Shown: piece after piece, positions 44,594 through 54,049 of the stretch
Position numbering within the stretch: the first letter of the stretch is position 1
Layout of the letters: every line of letters begins with the position of its first letter
IMG/VR virus record: IMGVR_UViG_3300048813_000140
Coordinates: 114,702-175,837 of that record
Reading direction: 5' to 3' (one strand)
DNA from: a virus
Lineage: Duplodnaviria; Heunggongvirae; Uroviricota; Caudoviricetes
DNA length: 61,136 nt
The notes under the pieces: model-generated
Told to the model about the DNA's origin: nothing
Database searches by the model: none
The model's input: the letters and a program-made list of their open reading frames with translations, nothing else
Position numbers and translations under genes: made by a program

Positions 44594-45755
44594 TAGCGAA
44601 GATGAAGCAAAGTTAGCAGAAGTTCTGGATCAATTCGAAGAAGGAATGGCCGAAACCGAAGAACTACAAAAGCTAAAGCATGAAAATTCTAAGAAAAAAG
44701 CCATCTTAGACGATGATCTATATTCTTCTAGGATTGAAGCCCTAAATGATCACAAAAAGGACCTTAAACTTGCCCACAGCGCAAACTACGGAACGCAATC
44801 ACAAGATATAGTCGTAAAAATCCAGCAGGAAAACGATGACTATTTTAATGCCGCCAGGAGACCTATGTCTTTTATTAATTCATGTTTCAATAAAGTGGTT
44901 CCATTTTTCAGAAAAAACTTGATCCTTATCGGCGGCGACACTGGACGTGGAAAATCGACCATGGTCGCAAATATAGTCTATCAGACCATAACAATCGACA
45001 ACGAGGATGGCAGACAGCTTAAGGCCCTACTTATAACTAATGAGGAGTTGGCGTCTGACTTTTATAATCGTCTGACATGTATGAAAATGAATTGGAGCTA
45101 CACCAGACATAGCGAATTCACAGAAGAGCAGCAAAAGGTGCTGACTAAAGCCATCAAGATGTGGTCTAAAACCGTAACAATAATAGATAATTATCACAAT
45201 GACTCCCACGGCGTAACCACGACAATCGAAGGAATTAAAGCCATATTAGATAATCTGATCGAGAAAAAAGAGCATTACGACGTAATAATCATCGATTACT
45301 ATCAAAACATTATCGAATCCAAAAGAGATCCAACGATGGACCCAAATAAAGTCCAGGCTAGACTTGCTAAGATGCTCGACCAATTCAAGAACAAGTATCC
45401 AGCCCCCATCATAATGATGGCACAAATGGACCCTCCAGACGATACTAATACCCCATGGAAACAAAGAATTAAGGGTAGAAAGCTCATTTCTGACAGCTGT
45501 ACGATGGTTATGGAAATGATCCCCGTATTCTCGCAGTACACCACTAGATTCACCGTATGGAAAAGTCGATTCAATCCAGAGTCTATAGGTGATGACAATG
45601 CATTTTGGGTTGGCTATGATCGAGGCCGTTTTGTGGAAATTACTAAGGAATTCGAGAAAAAGATAGAGAATATGCAGGCAAAGAATACGTCACAAGAAAT
45701 TGATAAGGCTGTAGGGCAGGCCGTAAAAGCTAAAGAGGAGTTAATAAATGAGTGA
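44583..45755 (+). CDS. dnaB: DnaB-like replicative helicase (SF4)
   Basis: GGDTGRGKST, ITNEE, IIIDYYQ, MAQM, KSRF. Confidence 0.85.
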   Translation: MSNNSEDEAKLAEVLDQFEEGMAETEELQKLKHENSKKKAILDDDLYSSRIEALNDHKKDLKLAHSANYGTQSQDIVVKIQQENDDYFNAARRPMSFINSCFNKVVPFFRKNLILIGGDTGRGKSTMVANIVYQTITIDNEDGRQLKALLITNEELASDFYNRLTCMKMNWSYTRHSEFTEEQQKVLTKAIKMWSKTVTIIDNYHNDSHGVTTTIEGIKAILDNLIEKKEHYDVIIIDYYQNIIESKRDPTMDPNKVQARLAKMLDQFKNKYPAPIIMMAQMDPPDDTNTPWKQRIKGRKLISDSCTMVMEMIPVFSQYTTRFTVWKSRFNPESIGDDNAFWVGYDRGRFVEITKEFEKKIENMQAKNTSQEIDKAVGQAVKAKEELINE

Positions 45756-45813
45756 TTTTGCTATATACATAGGCTTTCCAAAGGATAGACCCTACAAAGG
45801 ATGGAGACAATGA
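45748..45813 (+). CDS. candidate 21-aa mini-protein
   Basis: GAGGAG 7 nt before ATG; stop overlaps the next start (ATGA). Confidence 0.4.
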   Translation: MSDFAIYIGFPKDRPYKGWRQ

Positions 45814-46187
45814 GCAGACAGCCAGACGATATTGATGATATGCCAATGCCAGATGAGACCATGAGTCTTACTCCTGGAATAAAGCTTATGGAGATTACCA
45901 AGATCAATCTAGCGCCAGGAGACGTACTTTCTGTTATCGTATACTCAAACGATGTTGACGTATACACTCTTGATATCCTAAAAGCCCATATGAAGAAGAT
46001 ATTCCCCGATAACAAAATTATGTTGTTTTCTATGCCAATCGGTGATAAAATAGATATCAGTGTAATCAAAACCGAATCTTTTGAGGGATATGGGTCAAAC
46101 GAAAGTGTCCTAATAGACGCTAACGCTGGAGTCCTAACTGAAGAGATTCTTGAAGAGGCTGCCAAAAAGGCATCCAGAGGAGAATAA
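45810..46187 (+). CDS. hypothetical acidic protein
   Basis: GGAG RBS before ATG 45810. Confidence 0.65.
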   Translation: MSRQPDDIDDMPMPDETMSLTPGIKLMEITKINLAPGDVLSVIVYSNDVDVYTLDILKAHMKKIFPDNKIMLFSMPIGDKIDISVIKTESFEGYGSNESVLIDANAGVLTEEILEEAAKKASRGE

Positions 46188-46188
46188 C

Positions 46189-46554
46189 ATGTTTCTACCA
46201 CGCGCACAAAGAGAAGAACTGAATGCCCTTTCCAAGGAAATCTTTGGAGTTTCCAGTAGATGGAACAAGATCCTAAAAAATGGCACCCGTGAAGTTGCGA
46301 TGCGTAAGGTCACAGAAACAGTCCCTGGCGTAGAGGGCGCTCCCGATACGGAAAGAGAAGTCGTAGTACCCGTCTTGATCGGAAACGGTACGCCAAAGCG
46401 TTACCAAAAATACTACACAGTTGATGAAGTAACGACACTATTGCTTGGTATTAAATCTCAAATGGACGCACAAAAAGCCGGTATCAAGAAAGCACAAGAA
46501 GAACAAGCTGCAGCTGCCCAAGTTAAAGATTTGGCTCAAGGTTCTGCAGTTTGA
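46189..46554 (+). CDS. hypothetical protein
   Basis: GAGGAG RBS before ATG 46189. Confidence 0.7.
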   Translation: MFLPRAQREELNALSKEIFGVSSRWNKILKNGTREVAMRKVTETVPGVEGAPDTEREVVVPVLIGNGTPKRYQKYYTVDEVTTLLLGIKSQMDAQKAGIKKAQEEQAAAAQVKDLAQGSAV

Positions 46555-46760
46555 TACCAACGATTGTCTACGCCAGAGCTATGGAACTTGGAATGTCAAA
46601 AGACGAAGCGAGTGAATTCCTTACGGAGTTGATGTCTTTAGTCGGAATGGATGATATTCCCGACTCCTATTTCTTATTTTATTGTATTAAGTACTTAGCA
46701 AAAGAAAATAAAGAACTTAAGGAAGAAATCCATTGGATGAAACAGGAATACGAATTCTAA
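46551..46760 (+). CDS. hypothetical protein
   Basis: 69 aa coupled ORF. Confidence 0.5.
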   Translation: MIPTIVYARAMELGMSKDEASEFLTELMSLVGMDDIPDSYFLFYCIKYLAKENKELKEEIHWMKQEYEF

Positions 46761-47596
46761 ATTTGATGTTTAAGGAAAACGAAGAAATTTGTGTTTCCAA
46801 CTCCAAATTTGGGTTCCATTCTATGACTATAGAGCAAGCTACGTCTAGCGCGGTACTGTTAGTTTCACCGAACTCTAACGTACCTAACGCATATGTAGAC
46901 AGCTCTGAATTGGTCCTGGTGGCATTGAATCCCATTCACGGTTTTAGAGAAGACGAAAACGTAACTGCATATCGTAATTTCTTGATAGAAATCGATGATT
47001 TCGACATAAAAGAACAGCTTAAATACATCAAAACTATGGGGTTTCCCTATAGTGCTATCATATTTTCGGGTAGTAAGAGTCTTCACATTCTGGTGTCCCT
47101 AGATATGGACCTACCAAACGAAGAGAAGTATCGGCTATTTTCAGAATGGCTTTTGCGATCCGTACCTTTTGCGGACCAAAAGACTAAGAACCCCTCTAGA
47201 AGCATCAGGATTCCAGGTGGGTTTAGGGATGGCAAACTTAAGCAGAGGCTAGTGGAGTACAAGGGACTGGTCAAAATACAAGACTTTTTAGATTGGCTCA
47301 AAAAGAATCCAGAAGCTAGACCAATAAGAAAAGAAAAGAAGATCAGGAAGCCGGGAGACGACTCGTTACAAGATTTGCCGGAATGGGTAAATATCAAGCT
47401 TCTCGAAGGGTTAGATCCCAAAAAGGGACGTAACCAGCAATGGTACGGAATAGCTTATGAATTTCGCTTGTGTAATTATTCTTTAGATGATACAATAGAG
47501 AAACTAGAAAAGTATTTTGAGCCAGATCGAGATTTTAAGGAAAAAGAATGGTTAACCACCATAAAAAGTGCCTTTAAAGCAGGGAAACATAAATGA
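46733..47596 (+). CDS. AEP-superfamily primase (RepB/prim-pol-like) with PriCT-like C-terminus
   Basis: FLIEIDD, FSGSKSLH, DQKTKNPSRSIRIPG, GRNQQWY. Confidence 0.75.
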   Translation: MDETGIRILNLMFKENEEICVSNSKFGFHSMTIEQATSSAVLLVSPNSNVPNAYVDSSELVLVALNPIHGFREDENVTAYRNFLIEIDDFDIKEQLKYIKTMGFPYSAIIFSGSKSLHILVSLDMDLPNEEKYRLFSEWLLRSVPFADQKTKNPSRSIRIPGGFRDGKLKQRLVEYKGLVKIQDFLDWLKKNPEARPIRKEKKIRKPGDDSLQDLPEWVNIKLLEGLDPKKGRNQQWYGIAYEFRLCNYSLDDTIEKLEKYFEPDRDFKEKEWLTTIKSAFKAGKHK

Positions 47597-48129
47597 TCCG
47601 CGACGATGAGATACAGAGATTGATCCATTACGCAAAGGGCTTGGGCACTAAGGTGGTTATCTATAATAAGGATAACCCTGGAGCCTCTGCTGAATGGACT
47701 ATAGATGGATCGGCCATAGAGGTCTACTCTAAGGGAATGACCAAGACAGATATCGTACTGGCTCTAATACATGAGCTGGGACATCACGTCTGGTTCATCC
47801 ATGAAAAGAATAGGCAGCCTGATCTAAAGTTTGAGGAAGCTATTGATAGAGAAAATCTTGTCCAAGAAGTTGCAGACAAGAAGAATCTGACCCCAAAACA
47901 CCTGCGCAAGAAGATCTATGATATGGAACTAGCTGGTACGGAATGGTGGAGCACAATCGTAGCGGATACTGGCATAAAGCTTCCAGAGTGGAAGATAAAA
48001 ATGCAGATGGAATTCGACATGTATATGTACGAACAATACTATGAAAATGGTGTATTTCCAAGGCGTAAAGATAAGATTGTTAAATTGAAAGATTTAAAAG
48101 AAAAGTGGAAACCAAGAGGTAAGCAATGA
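47593..48129 (+). CDS. HExxH metallopeptidase-like protein (ImmA/IrrE-like)
   Basis: LALIHELGHH..E motif. Confidence 0.6.
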   Translation: MIRDDEIQRLIHYAKGLGTKVVIYNKDNPGASAEWTIDGSAIEVYSKGMTKTDIVLALIHELGHHVWFIHEKNRQPDLKFEEAIDRENLVQEVADKKNLTPKHLRKKIYDMELAGTEWWSTIVADTGIKLPEWKIKMQMEFDMYMYEQYYENGVFPRRKDKIVKLKDLKEKWKPRGKQ

Positions 48130-48422
48130 TGGACGGTATGACCGAATTAGAATTCCTCGAATGGGCCGAAGCTAGACATGGCCCGCTCCAGAAGACTATA
48201 AAAGGTGGATTCAGTATGGGTAAAATTGACTCTATTCAGCATGAATTGAGTTCTATCCTTAATAGATACAAGAATTTACTCAATATAAAAACTCCAGTAC
48301 CCAGAATGAGAGTATGGGCTACGGATGATAAGCTCAATTTCATATTTTTAGACAAAATCACAGGACGACGGGTTTTACTAGCCAATTGGTTGTCTGGCAA
48401 GGATAGCTATCATGAGCACTGA
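48126..48422 (+). CDS. hypothetical protein
   Basis: 98 aa coupled ORF. Confidence 0.55.
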   Translation: MMDGMTELEFLEWAEARHGPLQKTIKGGFSMGKIDSIQHELSSILNRYKNLLNIKTPVPRMRVWATDDKLNFIFLDKITGRRVLLANWLSGKDSYHEH

Positions 48423-49074
48423 AGAACCTAAACCCTTAACGGCAGAGGATTTAAACAATGTCCCCGGCACTCCAGAACTGGAAAAGCCCAAGAACTTCCT
48501 GGAGATCGAGGTTAAATACAACGCCGACGACATAGATCGTATCAAATTCAAAGATTTAGCTCAAGGCCTGAATCCTGGTTCGTTTATCTACGTTGAATCA
48601 TATGACGTTTATTATGTAAGGGATGAAGAATCTTTCCTAAGGTACCGTATGCCAGCCACTAATTCTGGTGACGATAAACCTAGCAAAAGGGCTGAATTGG
48701 CCTTCAAACGTAAGCATATAGCTAAAAACAACATTGTTAGGACCGAAGTCAACCTTAGGGTGGATGTCAATACTCCAGAACTTGTTAATGCCTTCTGTGA
48801 GGGTCTTGGATATAAGAAGAACTTCTCAATCTATAAAATGTGCGATATCTATATCTTTGAAGACGCTACCTTGGTGTACTATTCAGTCAAGGATGAAAGC
48901 AATAAATATGCCCATTTCGTCGAGATTGAAGCCTCAGAAGAGATGAACCTTGGAGAAGAAGCTGCCTGGGAAATCATCCAAAAGTACGAAAAGATACTAT
49001 CCCCATTAGGGATAACCGCACAAAAACGTAAACGCCTTAGCCTGTACGAGATGTACAAAAAGGAAATCAAATGA
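48412..49074 (+). CDS. CYTH-domain protein (class IV adenylate cyclase/triphosphatase family)
   Basis: EIEVKY, DVYY, FLRYR, ELAFK, RTEVN, FVEIE. Confidence 0.85.
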   Translation: MSTEEPKPLTAEDLNNVPGTPELEKPKNFLEIEVKYNADDIDRIKFKDLAQGLNPGSFIYVESYDVYYVRDEESFLRYRMPATNSGDDKPSKRAELAFKRKHIAKNNIVRTEVNLRVDVNTPELVNAFCEGLGYKKNFSIYKMCDIYIFEDATLVYYSVKDESNKYAHFVEIEASEEMNLGEEAAWEIIQKYEKILSPLGITAQKRKRLSLYEMYKKEIK

Positions 49075-49334
49075 TCATGAACAAAAATCACCCACTCTTT
49101 TTCGAATCCGAACTAAAAGATATCAATGGTGCTAAAGTTATCGGAGTACTGTCCTTCAATACCAAAACTAAACTTGCCAAGGTAGTTATTCCCACTCAAA
49201 AACTCAACGGCGACGCTGGGTTTGCTGTAACTGGAAAAAGTCATCTTGGCGAAGGTAATAAGCTGGCCGTAGCTAGTTTAAAACTCATTGGCGCAAAAAT
49301 ATTCAAAAAAGGAACCAACGAGGAAATCAAGTGA
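49071..49334 (+). CDS. hypothetical protein
   Basis: 87 aa coupled ORF. Confidence 0.6.
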   Translation: MIMNKNHPLFFESELKDINGAKVIGVLSFNTKTKLAKVVIPTQKLNGDAGFAVTGKSHLGEGNKLAVASLKLIGAKIFKKGTNEEIK

Positions 49335-50113
49335 AGTATCCTCTAGACCCCAAATCATTTGCGGAGTTTCTAGACCATATCAGAAGTCATTCCAGTATGC
49401 AGACCGTAATTATCACAAAACTGTCAGAATTACTTGATAGTGCTATGTATCACGCAGAAACTGACGAAGAGGGCTGGTATAAGGATTCTCAGGAGTTACT
49501 CCAAGACTTGGAGGACCTCAAAATGTTCCACGATAGCCGTCGTTGGAGCGGAAGTAACTTTAAGAACCAAATGCAGCCAGAAGGTAAAGGTCTTAATCTA
49601 CCTGCCCTTCCTGCCCCAAAGCCGCCATCTGACGAAGGTTCTCACATAGTTGGCCTACCAAGCCTGCAATTCAATGACTCGCTAAATCAAAAAGCCAATA
49701 AAGAAGAGGAAGAATTCGGCGAGTCCTGGGATGAAGAATCCCTATCGCGCTATTTCAAAGAAAAGAAGCCAAAAAAGGTCAGAGAAGAAAAGAAAACCCT
49801 CAAAAATATGTCTATAGCAGAAATTGAAGCCTGGGAAAGAGCGCAAGATAATGCTACGGATATCTATAAAATCAAGGCCAGAATGATGAATTTGGCTCGT
49901 GACGGTGGAGCATCGATTACTCCAGTGGGCGAAATCCTGATCAATTCCTTTGTTCATATGCTTAAATCGTTCTATGACTTTGCTGACAAGATTGAAGACT
50001 CTAGCGTAAAGATACAGCTTACCGACCTAATTAGGGCACAAGAAGGCGTTCCAAGCGGCATAATCAAGGCATCTACGTCAGGCGTTAGAATTGAGAAGGA
50101 AGTTAAGAAGTGA
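49331..50113 (+). CDS. hypothetical protein
   Basis: 260 aa; GAGG RBS, GTG start. Confidence 0.7.
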   Translation: MKYPLDPKSFAEFLDHIRSHSSMQTVIITKLSELLDSAMYHAETDEEGWYKDSQELLQDLEDLKMFHDSRRWSGSNFKNQMQPEGKGLNLPALPAPKPPSDEGSHIVGLPSLQFNDSLNQKANKEEEEFGESWDEESLSRYFKEKKPKKVREEKKTLKNMSIAEIEAWERAQDNATDIYKIKARMMNLARDGGASITPVGEILINSFVHMLKSFYDFADKIEDSSVKIQLTDLIRAQEGVPSGIIKASTSGVRIEKEVKK

Positions 50114-51090
50114 TCGATCTAGCTTTTGGAAACAGCGTAGCAGTAAGACAGGCATTTTTAGATGTCTCCAGCGGACAGTGGGTAGTTTTCGGAAAAAACA
50201 CACTCATAAACTTTGACTATCAAGAGCGAACCGGCGATACGGAACTCGTAGAAATGACCAAAAAGGTAATAAAACGTCAGACTGGGACCGACTATAAATA
50301 TGTGGTCTTAACCAACGGGGCTACTGGCGGAATCGTTATATCCCTTAGGATGTTTGCTCAAAAAGGTTATGAGTTCTGCAATACTAGAAAAGCACCATAT
50401 TACCTAAGATATCCAGGCATGATAGCGGCATCAGGTCTACACCATTGCGATGAAACGTTTTGTCTATTTGAGGGTGAGAATGTAATCCTACAAGATATTC
50501 CATCGAATCCGCTCAGCATTTTAAGTCCAATAAGGGGCCAAGACAGTAATATCCCAGTAGTTCTGGATGCCGTCTACATGAACAAAGTATACATGCAACA
50601 CCCAATAAATATGAGCAAACATGACATGTTGGTCGGTAGTTACAGTAAGCTTTTGGGCTTAAGCAGCTTGCGCATAGGTTGGATTGCCACAAATGATCCT
50701 CTACACTACGAACGACTGAAAGAGCTGGTTACTGCAGAATACTGTTGCCTAAGTAAGGCCGATACAGAAATAGCTAAAAGTATAATGGCAAAATTGGACT
50801 GGGATAAGTTTGAAACCGTAGCTAGGTCCAGATTAGATGGAAATCGCGAAGAATGGTCCAAAGTTGCAAAGTACTTTGGAGACACACCTGTATCAAATAT
50901 TGGGATGTTCTACTACGGACCAATGGACAAGAAGTGTAAGAAACTGCTTGAAAAATGTGAAATCAAATGGACTACAGGATCTTCTCTAGGAACTAACGAT
51001 GATTTTGGTAGGATTAATATTGGACAAGATCCGGCATTGATCCAGAAGGCCGTAAAAGTCATCCTTAGAACGGACAAGTCGAAGAAATAG
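50110..51090 (+). CDS. PLP-dependent class I/II aminotransferase-like enzyme
   Basis: TNGATGG, PSNP, VLDAVY, GSYSKLLGLSSLRIGW (PLP lysine motif). Confidence 0.85.
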   Translation: MIDLAFGNSVAVRQAFLDVSSGQWVVFGKNTLINFDYQERTGDTELVEMTKKVIKRQTGTDYKYVVLTNGATGGIVISLRMFAQKGYEFCNTRKAPYYLRYPGMIAASGLHHCDETFCLFEGENVILQDIPSNPLSILSPIRGQDSNIPVVLDAVYMNKVYMQHPINMSKHDMLVGSYSKLLGLSSLRIGWIATNDPLHYERLKELVTAEYCCLSKADTEIAKSIMAKLDWDKFETVARSRLDGNREEWSKVAKYFGDTPVSNIGMFYYGPMDKKCKKLLEKCEIKWTTGSSLGTNDDFGRINIGQDPALIQKAVKVILRTDKSKK

Positions 51091-51184
51091 CCTGACATAT
51101 AGTGTGTAGGCCTGTCGATACGCAATAGGCCCACGCCAAAAACAATACTACCGAAACAAATATTACTACGTCTGTCTTATTCAT
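51065..51184 (-). CDS. small single-pass membrane protein (39 aa)
   Basis: read manually: MNKTDVVIFVSVVLFLAWAYCVSTG...; start overlaps the upstream gene's stop. Confidence 0.45.
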   Translation of the reverse strand: MNKTDVVIFVSVVLFLAWAYCVSTGLHTICQAISSTCPF

Positions 51185-51848
51185 TCCAGACCTTCTTTAT
51201 AGATTGTTGATAGATATCTAATAGCCACTGAACGTTCGGCTCTTTTTGATAATAGCCTGAAACCTTAGCCATTACGACAGAAGATGAAGTCAGCTTAGTA
51301 GCTAACCAACACGCAAGGGTCCATCTTTTCTGTTTGGCAAATGCTAGGAAATTCACAAAATTTAGATAATCTGCTTCATCATTAGCCGTAGTCTGGAAGC
51401 TTTTTGTCCCATCATTCCAGTAAACCGGTACCTTGAACAATAATGCCTGAAAAACTATTGTCCAATCCCATAAGCCCTGAACTATAGATCCTTGCGATCT
51501 TTCCAACTGAGCAAACGAACTTGGGTGAATAAATTGACCATTGCCGGTCTTATATCCTGCGTCTTCTACTTGTAACGTTATTGTTTTACATAATTGTGAG
51601 TTCGTAAGACTCGTAGCGGCAATCAATGGACTCACCTGATCATCACTAGTTGTGTTGGGTCCCCAAGGACTACTAGGGTAATCGATTACGCCCAACGAAG
51701 TATCGAATGGCGATAAATCTATTTTTGGGGGATTACCTAAAAGGTATTGTAGGGTTACATATCTAGAAGTCTCTGCGCATGAATCGCCGATGTTTCCTGG
51801 GAAACCTTCTTGATCCATCACTAGAAGCCCGTTATTGTCGAAATGCAT
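51177..51848 (-). CDS. hypothetical protein
   Basis: 223 aa, TAATG coupled to tail fibre gene. Confidence 0.7.
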   Translation of the reverse strand: MHFDNNGLLVMDQEGFPGNIGDSCAETSRYVTLQYLLGNPPKIDLSPFDTSLGVIDYPSSPWGPNTTSDDQVSPLIAATSLTNSQLCKTITLQVEDAGYKTGNGQFIHPSSFAQLERSQGSIVQGLWDWTIVFQALLFKVPVYWNDGTKSFQTTANDEADYLNFVNFLAFAKQKRWTLACWLATKLTSSSVVMAKVSGYYQKEPNVQWLLDIYQQSIKKVWNE

Positions 51849-54040
51849 TATAAAGACTGTTTAAATCCTGCTGGGGTTGATCCTGAAAAATCTCCAGATC
51901 CATCTGCCGACAATGTTGCGTAAACACCCGCAAGAGTTACATATATAGCTTTGACTCGTCCTATAGCACCCGCTCCACCTGCACTGCCAGTTCCACCTGC
52001 GCCGCCTGCGGCTCCATTTCCACCAGGACTCGAAGTAGCCGCTTGTCCTAATCCTAAAGCTCCGCCTGCTCCACCCGATCCACCAGAGGACGCAGATCCA
52101 CCTGATGCAGTGAGTGATGTAATTGAAGTAATAGTGCTTGAAATGATAAATGCAGTTCCACCAGCGCCGGAACCCATTCCGCCACCACCGCCGCCACCGC
52201 CACCGCCACCGCCACCACCACCGCCAGTAAGTGTTGATAGATAACTTCCACCTTGGCCGCCACCGCCACCTTGGCCACCAGAAGATCCATTTGATCCAGT
52301 AGCTCCGTTTGCTAATGCATTTAGCGTAGTTGCTGTACCTACAAAAGCTAATAGTATGCCACCACCAGCTCCAGGAGTTCCTGGAGATGATCCGTTAACT
52401 CCAGTAGCTCCAGTAGCTCCAGTGTTTTGTGAACCAAAACCGCCTGAGCCGCCAGCTCCACCGGACGCAACGAATGTTGCGCCACCGCCTGCTCCACCAT
52501 TTCCGCCAGAACCACCGTTACCACCAAATGTTGTCCCAGGTCCGCCACCAATTCCGCCAGCTTCTGTGGGTCCATCGAATCCACCACCACCACCCATGAA
52601 TACGGTTGAAAGGGTAGAAATTCCGACACTTGTACCTGCGCTTCCTGCTACGCCACTTGGAGTAGACTCAGAAGATCCTGACGATCCACCGCCGCCACCA
52701 GTTCCACCACCTATTCCGCCACCACCACCGCCGCCACCCGGAGATCCAGTTCCACCTGCGCCGCCTGCGGCTCCATAGCCGCCACCACCACCACCACCAG
52801 AGCCACAGCCACCCGACGCTCCGCCACCGCCACCAGCAGCAGCAGTACTACCGATGCTAGTGCCACCAGTTCCACCAGCGTATATGGTTCCACCACCAGT
52901 TCCGCCGCCACCGCCTGAGGTATTCGCTGCCGTTTGAACAGTATTAAGTCCACCTTGATAGCCTTCACCGCAACCTGATGCTATGGTAGCCCCACGATAA
53001 CCCAATCCAGTGGCAGAAACCGTTCCGCTACCACTACAGGTGAGCGACTGAGCCAAGAACGAGACGATGCCGCCCCAAGTACCGGCCCAAGCAGATGCCG
53101 TCAAGACACCGCCCGAATTTATAGCAATCGTTCCGTATTCGGGAATTCGCATTACGGTTACTTTTTGAGATCCTATGGACGTGTTATTGGTAGTTCCATA
53201 CAGATTAACCAAGGCAGAAGTTAGTGTCAATGTTCCACTTGTAGATGAAGCCACTACTGCAAGCTCGTAGTTTCCTACGTTTGTGCTTGCTCCAGAAGCG
53301 CCTTGCTGATTTGTTATTAATACCAAATCTCCAGGAACGAAGTCCGTATAGAGACCAGCCTGTTGGGTAGTCGTTAGAACTGTATTCGTTCCATCTATCG
53401 CAGAAATCGAAGCAACTGGAGCATCTACTGTCCTAGCAGCAATACCAGCCATAGACTGTGCGGTAAAAATTGTTGCGGTACCGCCAGTGTAAGAAGCGGG
53501 AGTATTCGTCAAAACAATTGCTGGATAAAAGGTCATGGTTCCAGTAAATGGAGTTCCACCAGTAGTCTGACTGACCACTAAGTGTGTACTGTCAGTTATC
53601 GAAGTTATATATGGGAATCCAGTTTCGCCAGGCCAAAACACTAGCTGGCCAACGACAAGCCCTGCTGTTGTTCCGCTAGTTAGCGTTACGGACTCATGAA
53701 TGCCGATGTCGTTGGCGATAGTTACGCTATTCGTGGTTTGAGCCACGGTTGATGCTACCGTATTTCCTGATCCAATTCCATTTCCAGAAATTCCGTTTCC
53801 TGCCGTTATACCCACCAAAGACATGCCACCAGAACTTATCACGTTTCCGGCAAAAGTATATGCGTTTACGGTCGTCGAATTAGCTCTTGAGGTATTAATA
53901 TTATAACTAGAGGAAAGAGTTAAATTGTAATCTGAATTTCTGCCAAAAGTTGGGACATTCAAATCCTTTAGTAAGCTACCAAAATAAGTAGCACTTGTTT
54001 CGGTGAACGTAGTGTCTGAATTTACTTTAATTGAGGGCAT
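51848..54040 (-). CDS. glycine-rich tail fibre/adhesin-like protein
   Basis: 730 aa; C-terminal half with many G4-G10 runs; AGGAG RBS. Confidence 0.7.
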   Translation of the reverse strand: MPSIKVNSDTTFTETSATYFGSLLKDLNVPTFGRNSDYNLTLSSSYNINTSRANSTTVNAYTFAGNVISSGGMSLVGITAGNGISGNGIGSGNTVASTVAQTTNSVTIANDIGIHESVTLTSGTTAGLVVGQLVFWPGETGFPYITSITDSTHLVVSQTTGGTPFTGTMTFYPAIVLTNTPASYTGGTATIFTAQSMAGIAARTVDAPVASISAIDGTNTVLTTTQQAGLYTDFVPGDLVLITNQQGASGASTNVGNYELAVVASSTSGTLTLTSALVNLYGTTNNTSIGSQKVTVMRIPEYGTIAINSGGVLTASAWAGTWGGIVSFLAQSLTCSGSGTVSATGLGYRGATIASGCGEGYQGGLNTVQTAANTSGGGGGTGGGTIYAGGTGGTSIGSTAAAGGGGGASGGCGSGGGGGGGYGAAGGAGGTGSPGGGGGGGGIGGGTGGGGGSSGSSESTPSGVAGSAGTSVGISTLSTVFMGGGGGFDGPTEAGGIGGGPGTTFGGNGGSGGNGGAGGGATFVASGGAGGSGGFGSQNTGATGATGVNGSSPGTPGAGGGILLAFVGTATTLNALANGATGSNGSSGGQGGGGGQGGSYLSTLTGGGGGGGGGGGGGGGGMGSGAGGTAFIISSTITSITSLTASGGSASSGGSGGAGGALGLGQAATSSPGGNGAAGGAGGTGSAGGAGAIGRVKAIYVTLAGVYATLSADGSGDFSGSTPAGFKQSL

Positions 54041-54049
54041 TTATGTCTC

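Noticed and set aside
51951-52968. Pro-rich plus-strand ORFs in the track (also 56747..57124 and 57509..57751)
   Set aside because: These are antisense shadows of poly-Gly codons; no RBS and no independent signal.
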